From: Desulfatiglandales bacterium
GTDB lineage: Bacteria > Desulfobacterota > DSM-4660 > Desulfatiglandales > Desulfatiglandaceae
Direction: 5' to 3'
Length of the DNA: 64,000 bases
Assembly (NCBI GenBank): GCA_963662465.1
Contig: OY759599.1
Location: 6,784,001-6,848,000, forward strand
Every line of letters begins with the position of its first letter. The first letter of the stretch is position 1. Below, in pieces: positions 31,151-40,290 of the stretch. The position numbers and the translations under genes were made by a program. A model generated the notes under the pieces. The model saw nothing but the letters and a program-made list of their open reading frames with translations, was not told where the DNA came from and ran no database searches.

Positions 31151-32612
31151 AGCGATTTTCCTGCTGCATCAGGAGGGCATGGGCGTACGGGAGATCGCTC
31201 GCAGCATACACATCAGTCCCACCACCGTAATGGAAATTATCGGCCAAAAGGGCGAGATGCCTGAAATCCTACGTAAAGATAAAATCAAGATTGATTCGGC
31301 GCTTTTGGCAAATCTTTATGAAACATGTCAGGGCCGTGCGCAAAGAGTGTATGAAAAACTGACTGAAGAAGAAGGGATTGATGTTGCCTATTCAACCTTG
31401 ACTCGAATGCTCCGGGAACAGGGTTTGAGCCATAAAAAATCCGACCGGTGTCAACAGGTTCCGGACGTGCCCGGAGCTGAGATGCAGCATGACACGTCGC
31501 CTTATCGTATAAAACTGGGCAAAGAAATAGTGTTGGTCCAAGGAAGTCTTTTATATTTTCGGTATTGCAAAATTCGCTATCTGAAATTCTATCGTTCATT
31601 CAACCGGTTCCAAATGAAATGCTTTTTTCATGAAGCCCTTATGTACTGGCAATACGCGGCAGCGAACTGCATCATCGATAATACGAATCTGGCCCGTTTA
31701 CGGGGCACCGGCAAAGATGCCGTCATCGTTCCTGAAATGGAACGGTTCGCCAAACAGTACAGTTTCAAATTTGTATGCCATGAAATAGGGCATGCAAACC
31801 GAAAAGCAGGCAATGAGCGGGGTTTTTATACAGTGGAAACCAACTTTTTTCCAGGCCGTTCTTTTGAAAACCTTGAAGACATGAATCACCAGTCTTACAT
31901 ATGGGCGACTGATCGATCGGCCAACAGGCCCACCGGAAAGACGCGGCTGATCCCCTCCGTGGCTTTTGAATCTGAAAAACCATATCTCAGAAAAATGCCG
32001 CCATATGTCGAACCGCCCTACCTTGTTCATAAAAGAAAGATCGATCAGTACGGCTACGCCGCGGTTAATGGGAATTACTATTGGATTCCGGGAACGCGAC
32101 GTCATGACGTCAAGGTCCTGCAATATGCCGATTATTTAGATATTTATCACCAAAGAAAACTCTTGGGACGTTATGTTTTGCCGCCTGACGGCGTCAGGAA
32201 TGACGTCATCACTCCCGAGGGGGTAACAAAACCTTCTCACAAACCCTCGCAACGAAAAAAGCCAACGGCGCGGGAAGAAAACATTCTGCGATCAGATAAG
32301 GCCATTAATGATTATTTGAATTTCGCTTTACCCAAAAGTGGTAAGGCCAGGCATCACTTCATCCGAGCGCTTTTCAGCCTATATCGAAAAACCGCTCCTA
32401 CGGTTTTTATAAAAACGGTACAACGAGCCTTGAAATATCGCATTAAGGACATCAAAGTCATTGAAAACATAGTTGTTTTGATTTTAAGAGACGCTAGTAT
32501 CGAATTGGGGACACCTGAAATTGAACCGGATTTCACGAAAAGGGATGCCTATATCGAGGGCTGTTTTACCGATGAGCCGGATCTTTCCATTTATGAGGAT
32601 GAAAATGAATGA
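31128..32612 (+). CDS. istA: IS21 family transposase
   Basis: HTH, PGAEMQHD, IIDN, NRKAGNER. Confidence 0.9.
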   Translation: MIPPNKRKAIFLLHQEGMGVREIARSIHISPTTVMEIIGQKGEMPEILRKDKIKIDSALLANLYETCQGRAQRVYEKLTEEEGIDVAYSTLTRMLREQGLSHKKSDRCQQVPDVPGAEMQHDTSPYRIKLGKEIVLVQGSLLYFRYCKIRYLKFYRSFNRFQMKCFFHEALMYWQYAAANCIIDNTNLARLRGTGKDAVIVPEMERFAKQYSFKFVCHEIGHANRKAGNERGFYTVETNFFPGRSFENLEDMNHQSYIWATDRSANRPTGKTRLIPSVAFESEKPYLRKMPPYVEPPYLVHKRKIDQYGYAAVNGNYYWIPGTRRHDVKVLQYADYLDIYHQRKLLGRYVLPPDGVRNDVITPEGVTKPSHKPSQRKKPTAREENILRSDKAINDYLNFALPKSGKARHHFIRALFSLYRKTAPTVFIKTVQRALKYRIKDIKVIENIVVLILRDASIELGTPEIEPDFTKRDAYIEGCFTDEPDLSIYEDENE

Positions 32613-33351
32613 TGAGTTGATAAAGATGCTGAAATACCTTCGGCTCAATGTGTTGATTGAAAACTGGGATCGGTATCTCAAAATCGGCGCAAAAGGGGAT
32701 TATTCCCATGCGCGACTGTTGGAATATGTTGTTTCCGAGCAATATCAAATTAAAAAGGAAAACGCCCGCAAGATGAGAGTCAAACGAGCCGGTATTCCAG
32801 AAAAATTTGTTTTGGAGACCTTTCCTTTCAAGCGCCAGCCTAATCTCAATAAAAAGAGAATCGAATCCATATACGACGGTTTTGATTACATGACCAAATC
32901 CCGCAATATCATCTTCATTGGGCCGACGGGCACGGGAAAAAGCGGGCTGGCCACGGCGTTTCTGATCCACGCTATCAACCAGGGCTACAACGGGCTGTTT
33001 ATCACTTTCCCTGAACTGGTGGAACGTCTTTACCAATCGATGGCGGATAATACTCAGGCAAAGACCATCAAGAAGCTGTTATCCTATGATTGTTTGCTGA
33101 TTGATGAGCTTGGTTATATTCAAATAGAATCGGTTCAAGTGGGTCTATTTTTTAATCTAATGCAAAAAAGACATAAAAACAAAACGACCCTCATTACATC
33201 CAACCTCGGATTCGAAAAATGGAATTCCTTTCTTAAGAACAAGCATCTCACAGCCGCCCTGATCGATCGACTGACTGAAAGCAGTCATATCATCAATATG
33301 AAAAACTGCATAAGCTTAAGGCAGAGGCTTGATGAGGTTCCGGAGACATGA
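32605..33351 (+). CDS. istB: IS21 helper ATPase
   Basis: GPTGTGKS, LIDELGY, ITSN, ALIDRL. Confidence 0.93.
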   Translation: MNDELIKMLKYLRLNVLIENWDRYLKIGAKGDYSHARLLEYVVSEQYQIKKENARKMRVKRAGIPEKFVLETFPFKRQPNLNKKRIESIYDGFDYMTKSRNIIFIGPTGTGKSGLATAFLIHAINQGYNGLFITFPELVERLYQSMADNTQAKTIKKLLSYDCLLIDELGYIQIESVQVGLFFNLMQKRHKNKTTLITSNLGFEKWNSFLKNKHLTAALIDRLTESSHIINMKNCISLRQRLDEVPET

Positions 33352-33842
33352 CAAAACTTTTTTCGGCAAAGGAGCTTTACAGCGTGAGAAATGACATCCC
33401 GATTTCCGGTCTGATTGAAAACGTGCTGAATATACCGGCTCGCACAACTGAAGGGGTTTTCAGATTTCTTTGTCCTGTATGCGGGGAATTTAACACGGCG
33501 GTTAATCCAAAAACCAATCTGGCCAGATGTTTCTACTGTAAAAAAAACTTCAACACCATTGATCTGGTGATGATTGTCAAAAAGGCAAATTTTGTAGAAG
33601 CCGTCCGCTTTCTGAAAGCACACAAAAATAGATGTCAAAGTCATTGTGTTTCCAAAAAATCGGAAGATCACACTCAATCTCCCCAGCATATTGCCGACAT
33701 TGTAAAATCAATCATGCCCGCCAAACCGGATTCTGACCATCCAGAATCCATTGAAAGCATATCGAAGCGGGTTTTATGCATCGAGAAGATGCTTGAGCAA
33801 ATGACCCATCAAATGGGAATTATAGTAAAAACAATCACATAA
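33348..33842 (+). CDS. CHC2 (DnaG-type) zinc-finger protein
   Basis: FLCPVC...NLARCFYCKKNFNTIDLVM...FVEAV. Confidence 0.8.
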   Translation: MTKLFSAKELYSVRNDIPISGLIENVLNIPARTTEGVFRFLCPVCGEFNTAVNPKTNLARCFYCKKNFNTIDLVMIVKKANFVEAVRFLKAHKNRCQSHCVSKKSEDHTQSPQHIADIVKSIMPAKPDSDHPESIESISKRVLCIEKMLEQMTHQMGIIVKTIT

Positions 33843-34257
33843 CTCATTTCCTGGAATTTCATGCGAAAATAGGGTGTTCTGTTTTGATAGTCGTGTAACG
33901 CTAATCAAATTTTGGAGGTGGAAATGCGAGGCGGAAAGCGTGCTGGAGCCGGTCGAAAAAAGAAGCCGGATCACTTGAGACGTGAGTTGGTGACAATTCG
34001 ACTACCGAGGTGGATGATTACACAGCTTAAAAACAATGGTGAAATTGGCTATTTGATTGAGGATCTACTGGCAAAAAAGGGTTCCCTGAATCCACCCCGG
34101 GCGGCCACCCAAAATCCCCCACCTGTGGCCACTTGAAAATCCCCCACCTAAAGAGGTTCAAAATGTAGATTTTTGATCTTCGGCTCAATTCACAAAATGG
34201 TGACAGGACGTTATACCATCTCCCAATGCAATTTAATTGAATTGGGAGGAAGAAAGG

Positions 34258-36942
34258 ATGAACGTTTTGAAGCCGGACAAGAAATCTACCATCATTACCC
34301 TACTTAAAAATGGCGTTGGTCAGCGTGAAGTACATCGTAAGACCAATATTGACAGGAAAACGATCCGAAAATACGCAAAAGAAAGTGGCTTTTTACCCGA
34401 AGATTCCGACTTAAATTCAAGATCCCCCACCCTGGCCACCGGGGCTGATTGCATCATCAGTGAAAATCCCCCACCCCGGCCACCGGTAAACAGCACATTC
34501 AAGGGAGAAAAACGGGCGATTCCACTCCATGCCAGATCAGCATGTGAGCCTCACCGAGAATGGATTGAAAAGCAGGTGAAGCTCGGGAGGAATGCCGTAG
34601 CGATTTACCAAGATTTGGTCGAGCGATTTGCCTTTACCCACAAATACAACAGCGTAAAGCGGTTTGTAAGGGGACTGAGAAAAGAGGACCCCAAGCAATT
34701 CGATCGATTGGAGTTTTTACCAGGGGAAGAGGCTCAGGTAGACTATGGCACGGGAGCCAAAACGCTTCATTCGACAGGGAAATACCGTAAAACTCGTCTC
34801 TTTATAATGACGTTGAAATACTCCAGGCGCTCATTCCGGAAAGTAGTTTGGCAATCAAGCAAAGAAACATGGGCAAAACTTCATGAGGAGTCATTTCGAT
34901 ATTTCGGAGGTTGCCCCCAATATGTGGTTCTGGACAATTTGAAAGAGGGCGTCATCAAACCGGATCTTTACGAACCTGAATTGAACACCGTCTATGCGGC
35001 CATGCTGGAGCATTACGGGGTTGTTGCAGATCCGGCAAGAGTTAGAGACCCAAACCGGAAAGGGACTGTTGAAAATGCCGTACAGCATACCCAAGACACA
35101 GCTTTAAAAGGTCGCACATTTGAATCGATTGAACGACAGAATGAATGGCTTATGCACTGGGAGGAACAATGGGCTGCTCAGCGGATACACGGGAGAACCA
35201 AGCGACAGGTTGAAGAAATGTTTCAAGAAGAAAAACCGTACCTTAAACAACTTCCCTTAACTGCATTCAGCTATTTCAGCCAAGAAATCCGTACGGTCTG
35301 GGATGACGGCGCCATTCAGGTGGGGAAATCCTATTATTCAGCCTTGCCGGCGCCCCTTTATACAAAGGTTATTGTCAGGATTTATGACAGAGAGATTGAG
35401 ATTATCAATCCTGTAACAATGGAGATTTTCCGCAGGCACGCCAAGAACAGCAGGCCGGGATCTGTCAATATACCGCCGGAAGATAGGATTTTTAATCCTT
35501 CACGTCAAACAACGTATCTCTTTGCCAAAGCAGAGAGCATTGGTCCCGCAACTTTAAAATTATGCAAGGTCTTGTTTGAGGAAGAAGGCAGAACCGGTCA
35601 AAGACGAATACAGGGGATTGTCAACCTGGTCCGACATTATGAGGCCCGTTACGTGGAACAGGCCTGCATCAAAGCCAATAATGTGGGGCTGCGCAATTAC
35701 AAATCCATCCGCAACCTTGTCAAAACGTTAGCCGAAAAAAACCAGGAAGAAAAGGATTCTGAGGGGCTGATTCAGGAACATAAATTAATACGCCCTCCGG
35801 AAGATTATGCTGCATTCTGGGAGCAGCACGCCGCACAGACACCGGTTTCGGAGGAAGGAGCAAACCGTTTTGTCATGCCCAAAGAGCAACTACCCGCAGT
35901 TTGGAAAAATGCAAGCTGGGAGAGAGTGATTGATGTTTTTGGCCTGGAAGTTGATGGAAACCGCCGCTGTAAGGCCAACGAGACATGGATCAAATCGCCT
36001 TTTACAGGCGAAAAAACTGCTTCGCTGCATTTGAACCTGACGGAGAATATCTTCAAGGATTTCAGCAGTGGCCTGGGGGCGAAAGTCGGTGTACTCAATT
36101 TCTGCCAGGATCTTTTAGCGCTGCGAGGCCAGGCAATGAATTGCTATGAAGTTGCCTCCTGGATGGTGGAAAATGGAATTTCAAATTTGGATATACGTTC
36201 ACGCGAGGTTAAAAACCATGTTCCTGAACTCAAAAAACCGAAAGAAAACAAACCGATTCAAGTGGATTTAAGGCGTTTTGTACAGCCGCAACATCCAGAA
36301 TTAAAACATCGACAGGTTTCAGAGGCGACATGTCGCTATCTGGGATGTGGTTTTCTCCCGGAAAGGCCGAATGGAAACAAACAGTCACCTCTCAATGGCC
36401 GGTTGGTGTTTCAAGTGCGGGGAATGTCCGGCGCTATACTGACACATGTCGGTCGTGCATTGACACTGCAGCAAGAAAAAACGAATGGGAAATACTGGAG
36501 CTTTCCGTTCTTCAAAAAACTGGAAATATACAACCAGGACAAACTGTTATCAGATGCTTCAGCAAAGGATCAAGTTCAGCGGCTTGGCTTGGTGCTGGTA
36601 GAAGGTTTTTTTGATGTGGCAGTTTTGGTCGAATCGGGTTGTTTGAACGTCGGAGCACTGATGGGGTCGCACATGACCGAACAACAGGCAGCCCGAATAA
36701 AGTTAATCAGCTCACACATTGAGATTCCCAAAATTACCGTTTTTTTGGACAGGGATGAAGCTGGGAGGATTGGCGCACAAAAAGCAGTTACTGTGCTGCG
36801 GAAAAATGGGTTTTCAGCCGAGGCCTTTGACTGGAACCAGACCCTTGGGTCGTCATTTGTGAAAATCCCAATGGCCGTTATGGATCCAGGCGATATGTCG
36901 TTAAGGCAGCTAAAGTGGTTGAGAAAAAAGGGAAACATTTGA
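34258..36942 (+). CDS. istA: IstA transposase fused to a DnaG-like primase (degenerate ZBD + TOPRIM)
   Basis: PGEEAQVDY, DNLK, RKGTVE, followed by SPF..EKTASL..FKDFSSG, GRLVFQ, VGRAL, VEGFFD, FLDRDEAG, DPGD. Confidence 0.88.
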   Translation: MNVLKPDKKSTIITLLKNGVGQREVHRKTNIDRKTIRKYAKESGFLPEDSDLNSRSPTLATGADCIISENPPPRPPVNSTFKGEKRAIPLHARSACEPHREWIEKQVKLGRNAVAIYQDLVERFAFTHKYNSVKRFVRGLRKEDPKQFDRLEFLPGEEAQVDYGTGAKTLHSTGKYRKTRLFIMTLKYSRRSFRKVVWQSSKETWAKLHEESFRYFGGCPQYVVLDNLKEGVIKPDLYEPELNTVYAAMLEHYGVVADPARVRDPNRKGTVENAVQHTQDTALKGRTFESIERQNEWLMHWEEQWAAQRIHGRTKRQVEEMFQEEKPYLKQLPLTAFSYFSQEIRTVWDDGAIQVGKSYYSALPAPLYTKVIVRIYDREIEIINPVTMEIFRRHAKNSRPGSVNIPPEDRIFNPSRQTTYLFAKAESIGPATLKLCKVLFEEEGRTGQRRIQGIVNLVRHYEARYVEQACIKANNVGLRNYKSIRNLVKTLAEKNQEEKDSEGLIQEHKLIRPPEDYAAFWEQHAAQTPVSEEGANRFVMPKEQLPAVWKNASWERVIDVFGLEVDGNRRCKANETWIKSPFTGEKTASLHLNLTENIFKDFSSGLGAKVGVLNFCQDLLALRGQAMNCYEVASWMVENGISNLDIRSREVKNHVPELKKPKENKPIQVDLRRFVQPQHPELKHRQVSEATCRYLGCGFLPERPNGNKQSPLNGRLVFQVRGMSGAILTHVGRALTLQQEKTNGKYWSFPFFKKLEIYNQDKLLSDASAKDQVQRLGLVLVEGFFDVAVLVESGCLNVGALMGSHMTEQQAARIKLISSHIEIPKITVFLDRDEAGRIGAQKAVTVLRKNGFSAEAFDWNQTLGSSFVKIPMAVMDPGDMSLRQLKWLRKKGNI

Positions 36943-36999
36943 TTTCCATCGCCACGTTCTCGGTGGCGCGGAAATTTGTTTAACCTAAACGGCCATCCG

Positions 37000-37475
37000 A
37001 AGGAATCGGGCTTATGTATAAGCGAATATGGTCGGACTTTTTGAATCTCGTTACACGATAATCATAGGGCTTGATTGTTTTGGAGGTGAAAATGGGAGGC
37101 GGAAAACGTATGGGAGCCAGTCGAAAAAAGAAATCAGATCATTTGAGACGTGAACTGCTGACAATTCGATTGCCGAAGTGGATGATTTCACAGCTCAAAA
37201 ACAAATGTGAAATTGGCTATTTGATCGAGGATCAATTAAGGAATCGGGCTTATGTATAGGCGAATATGGTCGGACTTTTTGAATCTCGTTACACGATAAT
37301 CATAGGGCTTGATTGTTTTGGAGGTGAAAATGCGAGGCGGAAAACGTACGGGAGCCGGTCGAAAAAAGAAATCAGATCATTTGAGACGTGAACTGCTGAC
37401 AATTCGATTGCCGAAGTGGATGATTTCACAGCTCAAAAACAAATGTGAAATTGGCTATTTGATCGAGGATCAATT
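37000..37475 (+). repeat. 238 bp tandem duplication covering the operator and small gene
   Basis: Units start AAGGAATCGGGCTTATGTATA at 37000 and 37238. Confidence 0.95.
37092..37259 (+). pseudogene. 3'-truncated copy of the small regulator gene
   Basis: MGGGKRMGASRKKK...; lacks the PDDY tail. Confidence 0.7.
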
Positions 37476-37527
37476 GAGGAAGATAGATTTTTTGGATATC
37501 CCGGATGACTATGACATTGATAACTGA
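37330..37527 (+). CDS. Small basic DNA-binding-like protein (RGGKRxGAGRK + RHH-like)
   Basis: MRGGKRTGAGRKKKSDHLRRELLTIRLPKWMISQLK. Confidence 0.75.
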   Translation: MRGGKRTGAGRKKKSDHLRRELLTIRLPKWMISQLKNKCEIGYLIEDQLRKIDFLDIPDDYDIDN

Positions 37528-37550
37528 AATCGAGAAAGGAGAAACTGAAT

Positions 37551-38324
37551 ATGCCGATGTCAATGCAGGAAATAGAGAAAAGTCTAGGAACGCTACGTTT
37601 AAGCGGTATGCGAGCAACATTAGAAACCCGAGTGATACAGGCAAATCAAGGAGAATCTTCTTTCCTGGAAGTCTTTTCATGCCTGCTTCAGGATGAGTTA
37701 GATTACAGGCGGTCGTGCCTGATAGAACGTAGATTTAATGCTTCCGGTCTTCGTGAGAGAAAAACATTGACTGAGTTTGATTGGGGCTTTAATCCAAGAC
37801 TTCCAAAAAAGGAAATTTTTGAACTGGTGACCATCAAATTTATACACAACGGTGAAGACGCACTCCTGATCGGTTCTCCCGGGACTGGGAAAAGCCATAT
37901 CGTTAAAACAATTGCTCATGCTGCAACACAGGCATGCCATCAGGTTGTTTATCGTGAGGCCCATACTTTCTTTGAAGATGTCTTCGAAGCAGCCCAAACA
38001 GGGAAGACAAAAAAAATAACAAAGCTTTTTTCAGAAGCAGACTTGCTAATAATAGATGATCTTTTCCTGAGAAAAAGGGTCCCTGAACATGCGGCAGATG
38101 ATCTTCTTGATATCATACTGAATCGTTATTCCAAAAGAAAAAGTACACTCATAACATCAAACCGTCCGGTGGAGGACTGGGGTAAACTGCTCAGAGACAA
38201 TGCCGCATCCTCTGCGATCCTTGACAGGTTGCTCCACCGAGGCCATTTGCTCAAATTTGAAGGAAAAAGCTACAGGCTAAAGGAGGCTGCAGAAAAACTT
38301 GCCATAGGGAAGAAAAAAGAATAA
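37551..38324 (+). CDS. istB: IS21 helper ATPase
   Basis: GSPGTGKSH, LIIDD, ITSNRP, AILDRLLH, SYR. Confidence 0.95.
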   Translation: MPMSMQEIEKSLGTLRLSGMRATLETRVIQANQGESSFLEVFSCLLQDELDYRRSCLIERRFNASGLRERKTLTEFDWGFNPRLPKKEIFELVTIKFIHNGEDALLIGSPGTGKSHIVKTIAHAATQACHQVVYREAHTFFEDVFEAAQTGKTKKITKLFSEADLLIIDDLFLRKRVPEHAADDLLDIILNRYSKRKSTLITSNRPVEDWGKLLRDNAASSAILDRLLHRGHLLKFEGKSYRLKEAAEKLAIGKKKE

Positions 38325-39201
38325 AGTGTAACCGTTCTGTCGCTGAAGATCTTTCCAATGCCACGGTCAAGATCCTACATGGCCACCTTCACAGGTGGGG
38401 GATTTTGGGGTGGCCACAAGTGGGGGATTTTGAAGTGGCCATCCGGGTCCACCTGATGATTATGATTTCAATAGCTGAAATCGACGGACCCATTCATCTC
38501 TTTTCTACGATTTGATTGAAAACGCCTTCCAACCGACATCTGAAATAGCCCCAGGTTGTATCCAACACTGAAGTCCCCCACAAGTCAGCGTGTTTGTCCA
38601 TAGCTTAGCACGGCTTTTCGGATCGAACCTGTCGCAAATATCCAGGTCAAATTTCGATACGGCCTGCTGGTTTGTAGTCGTTTGCTCAGCCGTTCCGGCA
38701 TCAATCTCCTTCTCCAACTTAAGCCATTTTTCCGCTGCGGGGTAGCAGCAAAGGCGGGGTTCTATTCAATTCTTGGGGCGGGGTGAGCATAGCTGCAGGG
38801 TAGTCGTGCGAACGAACGTATCAGTTTTCATGAGCAGAAGTGTATCAGTTTATCTGAGCGCCATAGGGGAGGGCATACTCCAAGGCACGAAACAAATCTT
38901 GTAACTTAAGTGAGTAGATGTAGGTAATGGCATTTACCCGTTTGACAATATCTGACCTGTACCAAGTGTTAAGGCTTTTTATATCGATCACCCAACCAGG
39001 TTTTTTTTCATTTGGTACTACTATCCATGGATATTCATTTGGATAAATCTCAATCGCCGATTCAGCCTTTATCCATAAGATGGAAAGATACTCACGGTCA
39101 GGGCAAGTAGAATCTTTGATAAAGTCTGCGAGAAAATCTTGAAAATTTTCTTTCATATCATCACGTCTCATCTTCGCTAAGCATAAATATTTTCGCAGCC
39201 T

Positions 39202-39246
39202 CGCACGGTAGGAACGCCGGTTACCCGGCGCCCCCCGCACAGAACC
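39202..39246 (-). mobile_element. 3' remnant (half DV + DVI) of a class-E-like group II intron
   Basis: GGTTCTGTGCGGGGGGCGCCGGGTAACCGGCGTTCCTACCGTGCG, near-identical to 1796-1840. Confidence 0.85.
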
Positions 39247-39325
39247 ACTATATAATGCCCATCAAAACCAGTTTATAACTTGGGTATATTACCCATTTCA
39301 CCCAAGAACCGGTGAAGAAATTTAT

Positions 39326-39637
39326 GTGGTAGGTACCAGAAACCATCGTGGAGAAACTTGTTTTGTAACAAAGAAACCTGATGGTCGCCATGAATTGATA
39401 CCTGCGTGGATGACCAATCCAAAGTATGAAAAGATATCCCTCGGCTCAAAACCCGCTATCGAAATCAGGGCGCTTAAGAATTTATATTGCTTAATAGTGA
39501 ATAGAAAAATACCGTTTCCTCCTGATGAAGTCAATTCGAAAACAAGGAGGAAAGATGACGAAACAAAAATATCATCAACTTCGGCTTTGGGATTATTTAC
39601 CATCACCGATCGAAATTCCAAGAGAAACACGAAATAG
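39326..39637 (+). CDS. Small accessory protein of the recombinase element (Y4bD/DUF5372-like); frame is open back to the left end
   Basis: YPFHPRTG upstream in frame; IPAWMT. Confidence 0.6.
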   Translation: MVGTRNHRGETCFVTKKPDGRHELIPAWMTNPKYEKISLGSKPAIEIRALKNLYCLIVNRKIPFPPDEVNSKTRRKDDETKISSTSALGLFTITDRNSKRNTK

Positions 39638-39716
39638 ATTGATTGATTTCCTTGCAGAGCTTCTGTCAGGTTTCTGGCAAAATTCTGAGGGTAACAGAAA
39701 TAGAAAAGAGAAGTAG
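39555..39716 (+). CDS. Small hypothetical protein upstream of the recombinase
   Basis: MTKQKYHQLRLWD...LAELL; AGGAGG RBS. Confidence 0.5.
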   Translation: MTKQKYHQLRLWDYLPSPIEIPRETRNRLIDFLAELLSGFWQNSEGNRNRKEK

Positions 39717-40267
39717 TTTCACTAACGTAAAATCGCGGTCTGATATTGGAAGCAGTCAAGAGACTGGAGTTGTTGAAGCAAGCAGCTTAATCCGACTCAG
39801 AAAAATCGTAACGATAAATCATAAATAGCTTATTTTCCGATAGAAATAGGTGTTTAACTGAAAAACGTACACGGTATTCAAAAATATTGGACGAATTTGA
39901 AGGTGAAAAGGAGCGATGAAAATGAGAGGTGGGAGTCGAAAAGGCGCTGGTCGAAAAAGGAGTCCTGAACATCTGAGGCGTATCCCCGTCACGATTCGGT
40001 TACCGAAGTGGATGGTTTCACAGATCAAAATGAAAGGCGAGATAGGGTATTTGATTGAACTCGAATTAGCGACGAAAAAGGGTTTTCTCGACTTACCAGA
40101 TGATTATCTGGTCGGAAGCTGACTAAGGTGCGGTTATGGTCGCTCTTTTAATGGATATTTCGGCAGGAGCCACCGGAGCCTTCTATGACCTCGTCGCAGC
40201 TTACAATTACTCATATGGGGGTCAAAATTCGGTTGTCGCAAGAGGTCAATTTTCGGTTGACATTTCG
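39710..40267 (+). mobile_element. Right-end remnant of a fourth IS21-like element
   Basis: IS21-type doubled end GGTCAAAATTCGGTTGTC..GGTCAATTTTCGGTTGACATTTCG; flanked by an AGAAAAGA direct repeat; carries the small regulator gene. Confidence 0.55.
39922..40122 (+). CDS. Small RGGxRxGAGRK regulator-like protein
   Basis: MRGGSRKGAGRKRSPEHLRRIPVTIRLPKW...LPDDY. Confidence 0.75.
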   Translation: MRGGSRKGAGRKRSPEHLRRIPVTIRLPKWMVSQIKMKGEIGYLIELELATKKGFLDLPDDYLVGS

Positions 40268-40290
40268 AGAAAAGAAAGGTGGAAATGAGC

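Larger units (their letters stand above)
34096..38447 (+). mobile_element. IS21-like element E3 (istA-primase fusion, duplicated small gene, istB)
   Basis: IRs CCCGGGCGGCCACCCAAAATCCCCCACC / GTGGGGGATTTTGAAGTGGCCATCCGGG; 5 bp TSD TCCAC. Confidence 0.92.
33924..38478 (+). pseudogene. Small RGGKRxGAGRK regulator-like gene of E1, split by E3
   Basis: ...LNPP|DDYDFNS* is restored by removing 34096-38447 and one TCCAC. Confidence 0.8.
29482..38866 (+). mobile_element. IS21-like element E1 (Zn-ORF, ParB-like, istA, istB, CHC2 zinc finger, small regulator), containing nested E3
   Basis: About 50 bp IRs CTATAGCGCTCAGATAAACTG / CAGTTTATCTGAGCGCCATAG with internal repeats; 5 bp TSD GGGAG. Confidence 0.9.
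29437..39156 (-). pseudogene. Last cassette gene of integron 2 (MKENFQDF...YALP|ENAILLSALSLR*), split by element E1
   Basis: Reading frame is rejoined when 29482-38866 and one GGGAG copy are removed. Confidence 0.6.
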
